Positions 19,275 to 27,394 of a DNA stretch of 64,000 nucleotides are shown here, piece after piece (within the stretch, counting starts at the first letter, position 1; each line of letters opens with the position of its first letter). Under the pieces are notes generated by a model. That model saw nothing but the letters and a program-made list of their open reading frames with translations. It was not told the DNA's origin and ran no database searches. The stretch spans positions 128,001 to 192,000 of the IMG/VR virus record IMGVR_UViG_3300014204_000112; one strand, given 5' to 3'. This stretch comes from a virus. Its lineage: Duplodnaviria > Caudoviricetes. The translations under genes were made by a program, and so were the position numbers.

Positions 19275-19724
19275 TCATGACTTCTTTCTTTTTGTATTTT
19301 TACCTGAAAAATTTGAAGTTTGGCTATGACAATTTGGGCATAGCAATTGTAAATTTTTTAATCGATGATTTTTAGAATTTCCATCTTTGTGATGTAGTTG
19401 GAGGTTAATTTCTCTGCCATTCCAGTTTGTTAGACCACATTCTTCGCATTCATCTTTTTTTATTTCTTCTTCTATTAACCTACGTTTTAGGTTTTTAGTT
19501 TGATAAGATGAATGTAGTCCATCTAAAATTTCAGAAATCGGTATTTTACCTATACCATCGATTTTTGGTTTTTTAGTGCCCTTTCCTCCTTGATTCTTTT
19601 TTAGAGGTACTGCAAAATCATTAGAGAGTTTCCATAATTGGTATCTATTGATCTTTAATAATTTAGCAGCTTCTGTTGAAGTTGGGGTTTGATGAATTGC
19701 GGCGATAAATTCAGATCTTTCCAT
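19275..19724 (-). CDS. HNH endonuclease
   Basis: CEECG, LQLHHKDGN..NHRLKNLQLLCPNCH. Confidence 0.9.
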   Translation of the reverse strand: MERSEFIAAIHQTPTSTEAAKLLKINRYQLWKLSNDFAVPLKKNQGGKGTKKPKIDGIGKIPISEILDGLHSSYQTKNLKRRLIEEEIKKDECEECGLTNWNGREINLQLHHKDGNSKNHRLKNLQLLCPNCHSQTSNFSGKNTKRKKS

Positions 19725-19784
19725 TGCAAGAGTTTGTTTTTATTTATTTGCAACACTCTCACATTTTCAACACATGTTGATTAG

Positions 19785-19855
19785 TTGTTCCGGAAGGAGT
19801 CGAACCTTCGTCTAATGATCCAGAGTCATTGATGTTACCATTGCACCACGGAACA
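19785..19855 (-). tRNA. tRNA-Gln (CTG)
   Basis: ctCTGga. Confidence 0.9.
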
Positions 19856-19861
19856 GTGTAT

Positions 19862-19952
19862 TGGAGCAGATTGCGAGGTCGTTAGCCACGCTCCCTCGGC
19901 TTGGTGCCGCTATGCCACACGGTTGATCAGTTTCCGTATACACCCTTTCTGC
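19862..19952 (-). ncRNA. degenerate tRNA-like RNA with CCA end
   Basis: GCAGA/TCTGC-T-CCA ends; atypical D, anticodon and T arms. Confidence 0.4.
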
Positions 19953-19957
19953 ATGTG

Positions 19958-20028
19958 AGCGGATGACCAGAATTGAACTGGCGTCCGAAGCTTGGCAAGC
20001 TCCTACATTACCACTATGCTACACCCGC
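19958..20028 (-). tRNA. tRNA-Gly (GCC)
   Basis: ttGCCaa. Confidence 0.9.
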
Positions 20029-20645
20029 GATTTGATAAATTTTGTTAGAACGTCATCAAACTCTTTGCCGTCTGACCATGGTATTCTAATTACTGTAATT
20101 CCAATGGATTTTAGATAAGCGTCTCTATTTTTATCTTTCTCTTGTATTTTAGAAAATCGATGCGTTCCACCGTCTATTTCCAAATCGATTTTATCTTTTT
20201 CGAAATAAAAATCAAGAAAATACATTGTCTTTTTGCCGGTAACAGTAATTGGATATTCTTTAACAAAGTCTATGCAATTAGCGTCTTTCAATTTTCTTTC
20301 AGTATATTCTTCTGGATAACTTTGAAGATTTTTTCGAGTTTTCCAAGTTGCGTGAATTCCGTTATCAAACGCTTTTTTTGCAGATTCGCTCATTTTTAAT
20401 TTAGCTTCTTCTGTGTGAGTTTTACCTTTCATCCATGGAGAACGGCCGCTCATTAACTTTGAGGAACGCTGTAAGCTATCGTTAGTGTCCTTTGATAAAC
20501 CTTTATTCCATACAACTCTTCCATTTTTGTAACCTCGGTTTGGATCATGCGATTTACCATCTCCGTGATTTTTCCAAATATGCGTTCCTAACCCGTATCT
20601 AGAATAAGCTTTACCACAATATGGACAATTTTCGGTTTTAAGCAT
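20019..20645 (-). CDS. Vsr/DUF559-like endonuclease with NUMOD3 motif
   Basis: YFLDFY, LEIDGGTH, DKNRD, VIRIPW. Confidence 0.8.
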   Translation of the reverse strand: MLKTENCPYCGKAYSRYGLGTHIWKNHGDGKSHDPNRGYKNGRVVWNKGLSKDTNDSLQRSSKLMSGRSPWMKGKTHTEEAKLKMSESAKKAFDNGIHATWKTRKNLQSYPEEYTERKLKDANCIDFVKEYPITVTGKKTMYFLDFYFEKDKIDLEIDGGTHRFSKIQEKDKNRDAYLKSIGITVIRIPWSDGKEFDDVLTKFIKSRV

Positions 20646-20689
20646 GGCGTTTTATTTTATTTATACAACGCCATGCTCTACCAGTTTAG

Positions 20690-20880
20690 TTAATCGTTTC
20701 GTAATTGGACTTCTGTTTCTCATCTAACATTTATCTTAGCCTCAACCCGACTATCATTGAATTGCTGACCTTCTAAGTCTGTTTGAGTTGCACCAATGTC
20801 GTATAACGTCTTTCGACTTCAACAACCAGCAAAGGTGGCACCAATTTCCTCAGTTTCCCGCGTTAGATACTTTCGCCTAA
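20690..20880 (-). ncRNA. candidate miniature RNase P RNA
   Basis: GAGGAAATTGG (CR-I-like) pairs with GTCCAATT in ACAGAAGTCCAATTAC (CR-V-like); AGATAAATG (CR-IV-like); P2 ATCTAAC/GTTAGAT. Confidence 0.6.
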
Positions 20881-20885
20881 TGTTC

Positions 20886-20961
20886 TGGAGCTAAAGTCGA
20901 GATTCGAACTCGAGACCTTCTCAATACCAATGAGATGCTCTACCTACTGAGCTACTTCAGC
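20886..20961 (-). tRNA. tRNA-Thr (GGT)
   Basis: ttGGTat, CCA. Confidence 0.9.
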
Positions 20962-20967
20962 GTTGTG

Positions 20968-21049
20968 TACCCATAGTCGGAATCGAACCGACACTCCTTT
21001 CGAAACTGCGTTTTAAGTGCAGCGCGTCTACCTGTTCCGCCATCGGGGC
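20968..21049 (-). tRNA. tRNA-Leu (TAA)
   Basis: ctTAAaa, long variable arm. Confidence 0.9.
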
Positions 21050-21056
21050 ATTTGCG

Positions 21057-21143
21057 CGGAGAGAACAGGGCTCGAACCTGCACCGCGACGATGTCGCGGA
21101 ACGGCTTTCCAAGCCGCTGCAGTACCATTATGCTTACCTCTCC
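21057..21143 (-). tRNA. tRNA-Ser (GGA)
   Basis: ttGGAaa, long variable arm. Confidence 0.9.
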
Positions 21144-21150
21144 GAATTTT

Positions 21151-21233
21151 CCGGCTGCATTGCCTGCTATGCTACCTCCACTGATCATTTAAGCTAGCTA
21201 CATGGTACATGGACTTGAACCATGCTACACCGG
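21151..21233 (-). ncRNA. circularly permuted tRNA-like element
   Basis: CCGG closing stem; T arm CATGGTTCAAGTCCATG precedes TACC/GGTA and a D-like arm GCATAGCAGGCAATGC. Confidence 0.5.
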
Positions 21234-21238
21234 CTTCG

Positions 21239-21313
21239 TAGCGATGATCGGAATTGAACCGATGACCTTTGGGTTATGAAACCAACGCTCTTGACCGACT
21301 GAGCTACATCGCC
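21239..21313 (-). tRNA. tRNA-Met (CAT), elongator type
   Basis: ttCATaa, paired 1:72. Confidence 0.85.
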
Positions 21314-21963
21314 ATTAAATCAATTACCGTAAACTCATCATTTGAAATTCTTTTAATTTCTGAGTATTTAAGAATTTTCAAATTTTTAACAGCTTTCCAT
21401 TTTGCTAAATCTCTATCCGATTCTCTTGAATATCCTTTTATCTCAATGTATACATCGTATTCTGGTAAGTAAAAATCCGGAAAATACGTTCTATTTCCAT
21501 TCCACTCATACGAAAAACCAGTTACATTATTTGTCCATTTGATAGATACTAAATCTAACCATTTGGCAAAGAGTAGTTCCCAAGATCCTTTAAATTTAGT
21601 TCCGTTATAGTCGTAAATCTTACATCTACCTGAAACACTAGATGCTGAATATCTTTCAGGATGTCTTAATATTGCAGCCTTTATTTTATTGGACTGCTCT
21701 TTACGAGCATCGGGATTTTTCCATTTAATTAGATTTCGTTCTCGAGTTTTATTTCCTATTCGTTTTCTTCCTTCTAATTCTTTAGCGGATGGAACGTATT
21801 CAATATTTAATTTTTTAGCTTTTGTGTATTGATTATTGCGACCAATTTTACCAAATGATGGATGATCTTCTTTTTTCTTATTTGGATTTTTGATACATAA
21901 TCTTTCGTGCGAAAACCATCCCAATTGTTTGCATAATTTTCCGCAATACTGGCATTCATGCAT
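21304..21963 (-). CDS. PD-(D/E)xK endonuclease
   Basis: GSWE, YFPDFYL, YIEIKG. Confidence 0.8.
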   Translation of the reverse strand: MHECQYCGKLCKQLGWFSHERLCIKNPNKKKEDHPSFGKIGRNNQYTKAKKLNIEYVPSAKELEGRKRIGNKTRERNLIKWKNPDARKEQSNKIKAAILRHPERYSASSVSGRCKIYDYNGTKFKGSWELLFAKWLDLVSIKWTNNVTGFSYEWNGNRTYFPDFYLPEYDVYIEIKGYSRESDRDLAKWKAVKNLKILKYSEIKRISNDEFTVIDLMAM

Positions 21964-22035
21964 AATAAGTAGGTTTTATTTTATTTATATGTGCATGAAT
22001 TCAAGCGCTATGCCAAGATAATAAATTGTTAATAG

Positions 22036-22121
22036 TAGCGGGAGTGGGACTTGAACCCACGTTCTCTTTCGAGTTAGGGCTTATGAGACCCCGCTGGTGG
22101 CCACCTCCAGTCGACCCCGCA
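22036..22121 (-). tRNA. initiator-like tRNA (CAT) with a long variable arm
   Basis: 1:72 mismatch, ctCATaa, extra CTCGAAAGAG hairpin. Confidence 0.75.
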
Positions 22122-22280
22122 ATGTTCCTTGAATAACTTTGGTCAACCACTCGCTACCCACCATTTTGTTAAAGTACGCATTGGTTATACCGCCCTGTTC
22201 AGATTTTACTGCATGAGGACTCCCAAGTTCACGTACTATTAACTCCGTGCCAAAGCCTTGTCCGTTGTAAGTCATTCGTG

Positions 22281-22353
22281 TGGAGAAAGACGGATTCGAA
22301 CCGCCGACGCAAAGATCTTCAGTCTTTCGCTCTACCATCTGAGCTATATCTCC
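22281..22353 (-). tRNA. tRNA-Phe (GAA)
   Basis: ctGAAga. Confidence 0.9.
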
Positions 22354-22504
22354 AGGTTATTAGGAAGCGACCTCGATTTTCTCGATTCGACTCGAGCTGA
22401 TGCATTGCTTGACCACAGCTCCGCACATTCACGGTCAAATGAATGCGGCTTATAGGTCCGAGGCGTAAGCGCCAACTACCTTCTACCGACTTCCTAATTT
22501 CGTT

Positions 22505-22582
22505 TGGTGCTCCCTACAGGATTCGAACCTATGACATCTTGCTTGTAAGGCAAGCGCTCTGAACCGACTGAGCTAAGAGAGC
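22505..22582 (-). tRNA. tRNA-Val (TAC)
   Basis: ctTACaa, CCA. Confidence 0.9.
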
Positions 22583-22591
22583 AAGTTAGTG

Positions 22592-22665
22592 TGATCGTAG
22601 CGGGAGTTGAACCTGCGACCTTTACCATGTCAAGGTAACACTCTAACCAACTGAGCTATACGATC
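22592..22665 (-). tRNA. tRNA-Val (GAC)
   Basis: ttGACat. Confidence 0.9.
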
Positions 22666-23293
22666 ATTTTCGACCAGCGTGCCAACCGTTTTGCAAGTAT
22701 TGTTCTAGCTGATCACTTTTTATTTTTTTAGTACTACAATCGTTAGATACCCATACTGTTCCAAATTGAGAATTGTTTGAACCTTTCTGTTTAATAGAAT
22801 TCATTGATCCGATTTTATCTTTAGTTTCAGCAGTATGATTTTTTCCTACAAAAGTATCGTACTTAATTTTTCCTTTAGTGTGAGACTTTTGCAATCTAAC
22901 TGAACTTCGTTTGCTTTGGTCTTCTCTGTATTCTGGATCTTTCCACTTTTTCAACAACCAATCAGTTGCTCCTTTGTGCAATTTTATTTCATGATCAGAA
23001 TTACATAATCCTCCACCTCCACCTGGTTGTAAATTCATGCACATCTTGTCATTCAGGAGATCTTCGTTTATTAGTTGATATTCTCTATTCTTTAATGCTT
23101 CTCTGTTCTCCAGGAACTCCAGAATCTCTTTGGTGTGATTTTGTTTGCCGTATTTATGAATAGAATACCTCAATCTTCTACCGCTTCCCATATACCCATC
23201 ATTTAAGTTCGAAGTCGAATGCATTCCGATGTAGTATCTACCGGTTACATTACATGTGATCTTGTAAATGTAGTGAATTTGTTTTTTTGGCAT
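22664..23293 (-). CDS. GIY-YIG (Seg-like) endonuclease
   Basis: YIYKITC..TGRYYIGMH, YMGSG. Confidence 0.85.
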   Translation of the reverse strand: MPKKQIHYIYKITCNVTGRYYIGMHSTSNLNDGYMGSGRRLRYSIHKYGKQNHTKEILEFLENREALKNREYQLINEDLLNDKMCMNLQPGGGGGLCNSDHEIKLHKGATDWLLKKWKDPEYREDQSKRSSVRLQKSHTKGKIKYDTFVGKNHTAETKDKIGSMNSIKQKGSNNSQFGTVWVSNDCSTKKIKSDQLEQYLQNGWHAGRK

Positions 23294-23349
23294 TTTTGTA
23301 CTGAGCTTTTTGTTATTTATATGAGCTCAAGTACAAAAATGACCAGAGG

Positions 23350-23424
23350 TACCGCATAGGGGATTCGAACCCCTGAATCTCCAGGATGAAAACCTGACGT
23401 CCTAACCAGCTAGACGAATGCGGC
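23350..23424 (-). tRNA. tRNA-Glu (TTC)
   Basis: ttTTCat. Confidence 0.9.
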
Positions 23425-23429
23425 ATGTT

Positions 23430-23543
23430 TGGAGGTAAGCGCTAGATTCGAACTAGCCACACAGCAGATTGCTCTGCCTCATTATCCGAAGGACTTCGAC
23501 CCTATGCATCAAATCGAAGCTCTTAATTCTGTGATAGCTTACC
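23430..23543 (-). ncRNA. tRNA-like RNA with perfect acceptor stem, T arm and CCA but an expanded core
   Basis: GGTAAGC/GCTTACC-T-CCA; GCTAGTTCGAATCTAGC; internal CTTCGA/TCGAAG helix. Confidence 0.6.
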
Positions 23544-23556
23544 GTGTGTCTTCCAG

Positions 23557-23630
23557 TACTCCGGGGTGGGATTGAACCACCGACCTTGATCTTATAAGAA
23601 TCCTGCTACTAACCGCTGAGCTACCGGAGC
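23557..23630 (-). tRNA. tRNA-Ile (TAT)
   Basis: ctTATaa. Confidence 0.8.
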
Positions 23631-23639
23631 AAATAAGTT

Positions 23640-23710
23640 GGAGAGAAAATCGGTAGAGTTGTTTGTTGTAAAACCAAAATTTACGAAGTAACTCTTTCCT
23701 TTACTACTCC
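23640..23710 (-). ncRNA. Y-RNA-like RNA 4, minimal (no tRNA module)
   Basis: TAGTAA-N5-AGAGTTACTTCG ... CTCT..TTCT, closed by GGAG/CTCC. Confidence 0.7.
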
Positions 23711-23713
23711 TAG

Positions 23714-23788
23714 TGGATACATGTGGGCTTCGAACCCACGACCTCCTGATTGCAAAACAGGCGCTCTTGCCATCTGAGCTAATGACCC
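23714..23788 (-). tRNA. tRNA-Ala (TGC), irregular acceptor stem
   Basis: ttTGCaa. Confidence 0.8.
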
Positions 23789-24417
23789 AAATTTCTACCT
23801 TTTATCCAACCAGTTGGAATCAGTTCGTTTTTTTGTATTTTCTTATTTACTGTTCCATTAGTAATCCACTGAGTTCCGTATTGCGAATTATTAGAACCCA
23901 GTTGACTGGTTGAATTCTTTAATCCTATTACTTTTTTTGTTTTATCAGTATGCTGCTTTCCTAAAAAATTATCAGTTTTTATTTTACCAGTTTCCCATGC
24001 ATGCTTCATATTTGCACTAGAAATATTATGATACTTTTTTCTAAAGGATTCATCGATTTGCATACGATTCGAAAAAGCAGTATTTCCAGCAGTCCCACAT
24101 TTTTTCATGTGATTAACATTACAAAATCCGCCGCTTCCGCCAGGTTTCAAATTCATACACAGTGGATCATCTAGTAACTCAATATTTACGAGTTGAGTTT
24201 CTCTATTGATCAAAGATTCTTTAGTCTCTAGGAACTCCAGAATCTCCTTAGTGTGATTCTCTCTGCCATGCTTAAGAACTGAATATCTTAATTGTTTGCC
24301 GCTTCCGAAATATCCATCTTCTAAATTTGAAGCTGAATGCATTCCGATGTAATATCTACCAGTTACATTGCATGTGATCTTGTAAATGTAAAAGATTGAT
24401 TTAGGTTTTCTTGGCAT
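23779..24417 (-). CDS. GIY-YIG (Seg-like) endonuclease
   Basis: Paralog of 22664-23293 and 15052-15612. Confidence 0.85.
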   Translation of the reverse strand: MPRKPKSIFYIYKITCNVTGRYYIGMHSASNLEDGYFGSGKQLRYSVLKHGRENHTKEILEFLETKESLINRETQLVNIELLDDPLCMNLKPGGSGGFCNVNHMKKCGTAGNTAFSNRMQIDESFRKKYHNISSANMKHAWETGKIKTDNFLGKQHTDKTKKVIGLKNSTSQLGSNNSQYGTQWITNGTVNKKIQKNELIPTGWIKGRNLGH

Positions 24418-24473
24418 CTGCCGTACATTATTTTAGATTATTTATCTAAGACAAGGTACAAAAAATGCCGGGG

Positions 24474-24547
24474 TGGAGATTACGAGATTCGAACTCGTGA
24501 CATCCTGCTTGCAGGGCAGGCGCTCTGGCCATCTGAGCTAAATCCCC
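24474..24547 (-). tRNA. tRNA-Ala (TGC)
   Basis: ctGCAag region read as ccTGCaa; G3:U70. Confidence 0.9.
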
Positions 24548-24550
24548 ATA

Positions 24551-24658
24551 AGTAGAGAAAGTCGGAAGAGATAACAGGCGGTTTCGACACCGCGACTTTT
24601 GTTTAAGAGACAAATACTGGACTCCCAGCTCGAAGTAACTCTTTCCATTACTACTACT
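24551..24658 (-). ncRNA. Y-RNA-like RNA 5 with a Lys(CTT)-like anticodon arm and a T-like arm
   Basis: TAGTAA-N5-AGAGTTACTTCG ... CTCT..TTCT; TTTGT ctCTTaa ACAAA. Confidence 0.72.
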
Positions 24659-24661
24659 TTG

Positions 24662-24737
24662 TAGGGTAGGTGGGCTATGACCCCACGTGCTCTTAATCCC
24701 AAATCAAGCGAGATAAACCAGACTCCTCTACTACCCT
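24662..24737 (-). tRNA. tRNA-Pro (TGG)
   Basis: ttTGGga; variant T loop. Confidence 0.8.
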
Positions 24738-25381
24738 GTGATGTTATTTTTTAAGAATGTTTTTATTTGAGATTCCATAAGTTTGAAATTTCGGTGTTTC
24801 CATTGTATTCTTACAATTTTCCAACCTTCCTTTTTTATTATGTTATCTCGATTTACATCATATTCTTTTCTTTCCTCATGTTGTTTTCCATCTATTTCTA
24901 AAATTACTTTTTTATCAATGAATGCAAAATCAGCAAAAAATCTATTTACTTTATGATCTCTTATGTATTTTATTTGTTCTTTATTAAGAAGATCTATTGT
25001 AAATTGTTCAGCCCAAGACGGTTTCTTATTTAATCGTGAAGGATAACCATTATGTCTACCTTCTTTTGCTAATTGTTTTTGTGTATATGAAGAAGAACAA
25101 TTCCGCGAACAGAATTTATTAGTATTTGTTATTAACACTTCTTTTTCTTTTCCGCATACTAAACACGACATTATTTTTCTATCAATTAAATGAAGACCTT
25201 TTCTATTAGTTGACGTTCCTTTCAAAAATGATGGTTTTCCTAATAACGATTTACTAACCTTTTCGTTAATTTCTTTCCGTTTTTCTTTTGTACTAAATCC
25301 TCTAGAACATTTAGAAGAACAAAATCTGCCACTTCCATATTGACCATCATGTGGATTACCACAATTTTCGCAAAGTTTCAT
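24731..25381 (-). CDS. Vsr/DUF559-like endonuclease with Zn ribbons
   Basis: FFADFA, LEIDGKQH, DVNRD; N-terminus shared with 17549-18229. Confidence 0.8.
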   Translation of the reverse strand: MKLCENCGNPHDGQYGSGRFCSSKCSRGFSTKEKRKEINEKVSKSLLGKPSFLKGTSTNRKGLHLIDRKIMSCLVCGKEKEVLITNTNKFCSRNCSSSYTQKQLAKEGRHNGYPSRLNKKPSWAEQFTIDLLNKEQIKYIRDHKVNRFFADFAFIDKKVILEIDGKQHEERKEYDVNRDNIIKKEGWKIVRIQWKHRNFKLMESQIKTFLKNNITG

Positions 25382-25433
25382 AAGTTCGTTTATTGTTATT
25401 TATATTCGAACCTATCCACTTTTTTGATCCCGG

Positions 25434-25507
25434 TAGGCAGGGGTGGACTTGAACCACCGGCCTCTTCCTTATCAGAGAAGCGCTCTAACCAACTGAGCTA
25501 CATGCCC
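25434..25507 (-). tRNA. tRNA-Ile (GAT)
   Basis: ctGATaa. Confidence 0.9.
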
Positions 25508-25637
25508 GTATATGAAGCAACGATTTTCCATGTCAGTAGGACGTTGCCAACCTATCCAGCTTACGATCTGGCTCGCCGTTTGACCTTGCGGTCAGGGAAA
25601 GCGAGGAACTACGACCCGGTGGCCTGCCGGTACATCG

Positions 25638-25846
25638 AGCCTTTAGACGGATTCGAACCGCCGACTCCTCAACTACACCGTATGGTCTTGATTCGTGTAC
25701 ACTCCTCTTGATTTTCAGGTTCGTCTACCTCGAATCTCCTGGTTATCCATTCAAGTTGTCTTACGTACGACGCATTGAACCTTTCGCCAAAATTTCCAAG
25801 GTCCGGTCCTAATCCGGACGCTCTAAGCCGCTGAGCTAAGGGGATA
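25638..25846 (-). ncRNA. chimeric tRNA-like element with a ~130-nt structured insert
   Basis: 5' D and anticodon arms (atTAGga), 3' T arm; acceptor strands pair poorly. Confidence 0.4.
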
Positions 25847-25848
25847 TT

Positions 25849-26442
25849 TTATTTGTTAAAATTTATTTCGATGAATCTTTTTGTTTGAGTATTAGAAATG
25901 TTCCAACTTTTTGATAATTTCGTAATCCAACCGAATTTCTTTTCTATTGAATCATACTCATTTTTTCTTCTATTAAATTCGTCAGTTTTCATTTTTCCAG
26001 CTTCGCTTATCAATCTTTTAGATTCAGAAGTATGTCGTTTTCCTTTGAACGATGCAGCACCCAATCTTTTTCTTTTTGATAATGGAATTGGCCAACCCTT
26101 GTGTTTTCCTTCAATAACGTTTTTCTTTATTGATTCTCTTCTCTCTGGTCTGCTCCAAGCGTATTCCCAACCACCTTCTCCTCCAAGCTTGAGATTGTAA
26201 GTATCTTCTCTGTTAATAAAGAATTCATTTACTAGTTCTTTTTCTTTTTCTAGAGCTTCATTTTTCGTTGGAAAAACGTAAAGAATTTCTTTTCTGAAAT
26301 TTTGAATCCCATATTTTTTAATTGCCGCTTTTAACAATTTTCCAGAACCAAAATACTCGTCATTCAAATTTTTAGTTGAATGATAACCGATGTAAATTTT
26401 AGAATTTAAGCAATTTGTTATTTTGTAAATAGCGTAATACAT
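25849..26442 (-). CDS. GIY-YIG (Seg-like) endonuclease
   Basis: AIYKITN..NSKIYIGYH, YFGSG. Confidence 0.85.
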   Translation of the reverse strand: MYYAIYKITNCLNSKIYIGYHSTKNLNDEYFGSGKLLKAAIKKYGIQNFRKEILYVFPTKNEALEKEKELVNEFFINREDTYNLKLGGEGGWEYAWSRPERRESIKKNVIEGKHKGWPIPLSKRKRLGAASFKGKRHTSESKRLISEAGKMKTDEFNRRKNEYDSIEKKFGWITKLSKSWNISNTQTKRFIEINFNK

Positions 26443-26487
26443 TAACCGTAGTTTTGATTTTATTTATATGAATCTGCGGTTAATTTG

Positions 26488-26560
26488 AGCTTCCTGTAGG
26501 CTACGACCCCACGACCCTCTGAGTACAAATCAGATGCTCTACCAACTGAGCTAAGGAAGC
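26488..26560 (-). tRNA. tRNA-Thr (TGT)
   Basis: ttTGTac. Confidence 0.88.
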
Positions 26561-26570
26561 ATTTTTTGAG

Positions 26571-26643
26571 AGCCTCATACCCGATTCAAACGGGTGACCT
26601 ACTGAGTACGAATCAGTTGCTCTATCTGCTGAGCTAAAGAGGC
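26571..26643 (-). tRNA. tRNA-Thr (CGT)
   Basis: ttCGTac. Confidence 0.88.
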
Positions 26644-26644
26644 A

Positions 26645-27079
26645 TTATAAATCTTTGGCTGTTACGAATTCCTGTGAACTGATTCGGTTAGGACCTCCAT
26701 CGACGAAGTACGTAAGATTATTTCCAGTTCGTATTGCCCATAGTATCAACCAATTAAGAACAGCTGAATCCATTTTAGAAACTGCTTCTATAGCTTGATA
26801 ATGTTCAATCTTGCCAGTTTTCTTCGTCACTAGAACGTTGGACAAGCTCGGTTTCATCCACATTGGAAAGTCATCATTCGTTAACCATTCGCACTTGTAA
26901 GTTATGCAAGGATCGATCGGTCTATTCTCGTAAATCGTGCAACCTTTTCCGATTTCTACAAAGTGACAAGGTTTTCCTCGATAGAATCTTTCTCCATGAG
27001 CTACTCCGTGTAACCAACCTTCACAACATTTCGTGCAATCTCCACAAGTTCTTTTTGGAACATTAACAGTTTTTTCCAT
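26645..27079 (-). CDS. Cys-cluster (CxxCxxCC, YkgJ-like) protein
   Basis: CGDCTKCC...C...CTIYENRP..PC. Confidence 0.7.
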   Translation of the reverse strand: MEKTVNVPKRTCGDCTKCCEGWLHGVAHGERFYRGKPCHFVEIGKGCTIYENRPIDPCITYKCEWLTNDDFPMWMKPSLSNVLVTKKTGKIEHYQAIEAVSKMDSAVLNWLILWAIRTGNNLTYFVDGGPNRISSQEFVTAKDL

Positions 27080-27126
27080 TCTAGTAGTTTTACTTATTAT
27101 ACAGAAGGACCGTAACAAGTTTTATT

Positions 27127-27202
27127 TGGCACCCGCGGAAGGACTTGAACCCTCAACCCTCGGTTTTGGAGACCGGTACTCTACCAATTGAGCTACACGG
27201 AT
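27127..27202 (-). tRNA. tRNA-Trp (CCA)
   Basis: ctCCAaa, CCA end. Confidence 0.9.
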
Positions 27203-27207
27203 AAGTT

Positions 27208-27316
27208 TGATTTGAGAATGGTAAAAAGAGTTTTTTACTAAGCAAGGTTTGGTGCTTGGTGTTGGATTCGAACCAACGATAACCATCGATGTATCTCTTT
27301 TTTTTGCTACAAATCA
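27208..27316 (-). ncRNA. Y-RNA-like RNA 6 with a T arm and one further hairpin
   Basis: TAGCAA-N5-AGAGATACATCG ... CTCT..TTCT; GTTGGTTCGAATCCAAC. Confidence 0.7.
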
Positions 27317-27317
27317 G

Positions 27318-27394
27318 CGGGCCCAAACGGATTCGAACCGTCCTGAATCTTCTGAGTGACAGTCAGACAGCCACACCTAGCAGCCCCTGAGCCC
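27318..27394 (-). tRNA. tRNA-Asp (GTC)
   Basis: ctGTCac. Confidence 0.88.

Noticed and set aside
27127-27202. Hirsh-type (G24A) UGA-suppressing tRNA-Trp explaining the release-factor read-through
   Set aside because: The D-stem 3' strand reads GAGT, so position 24 is G.
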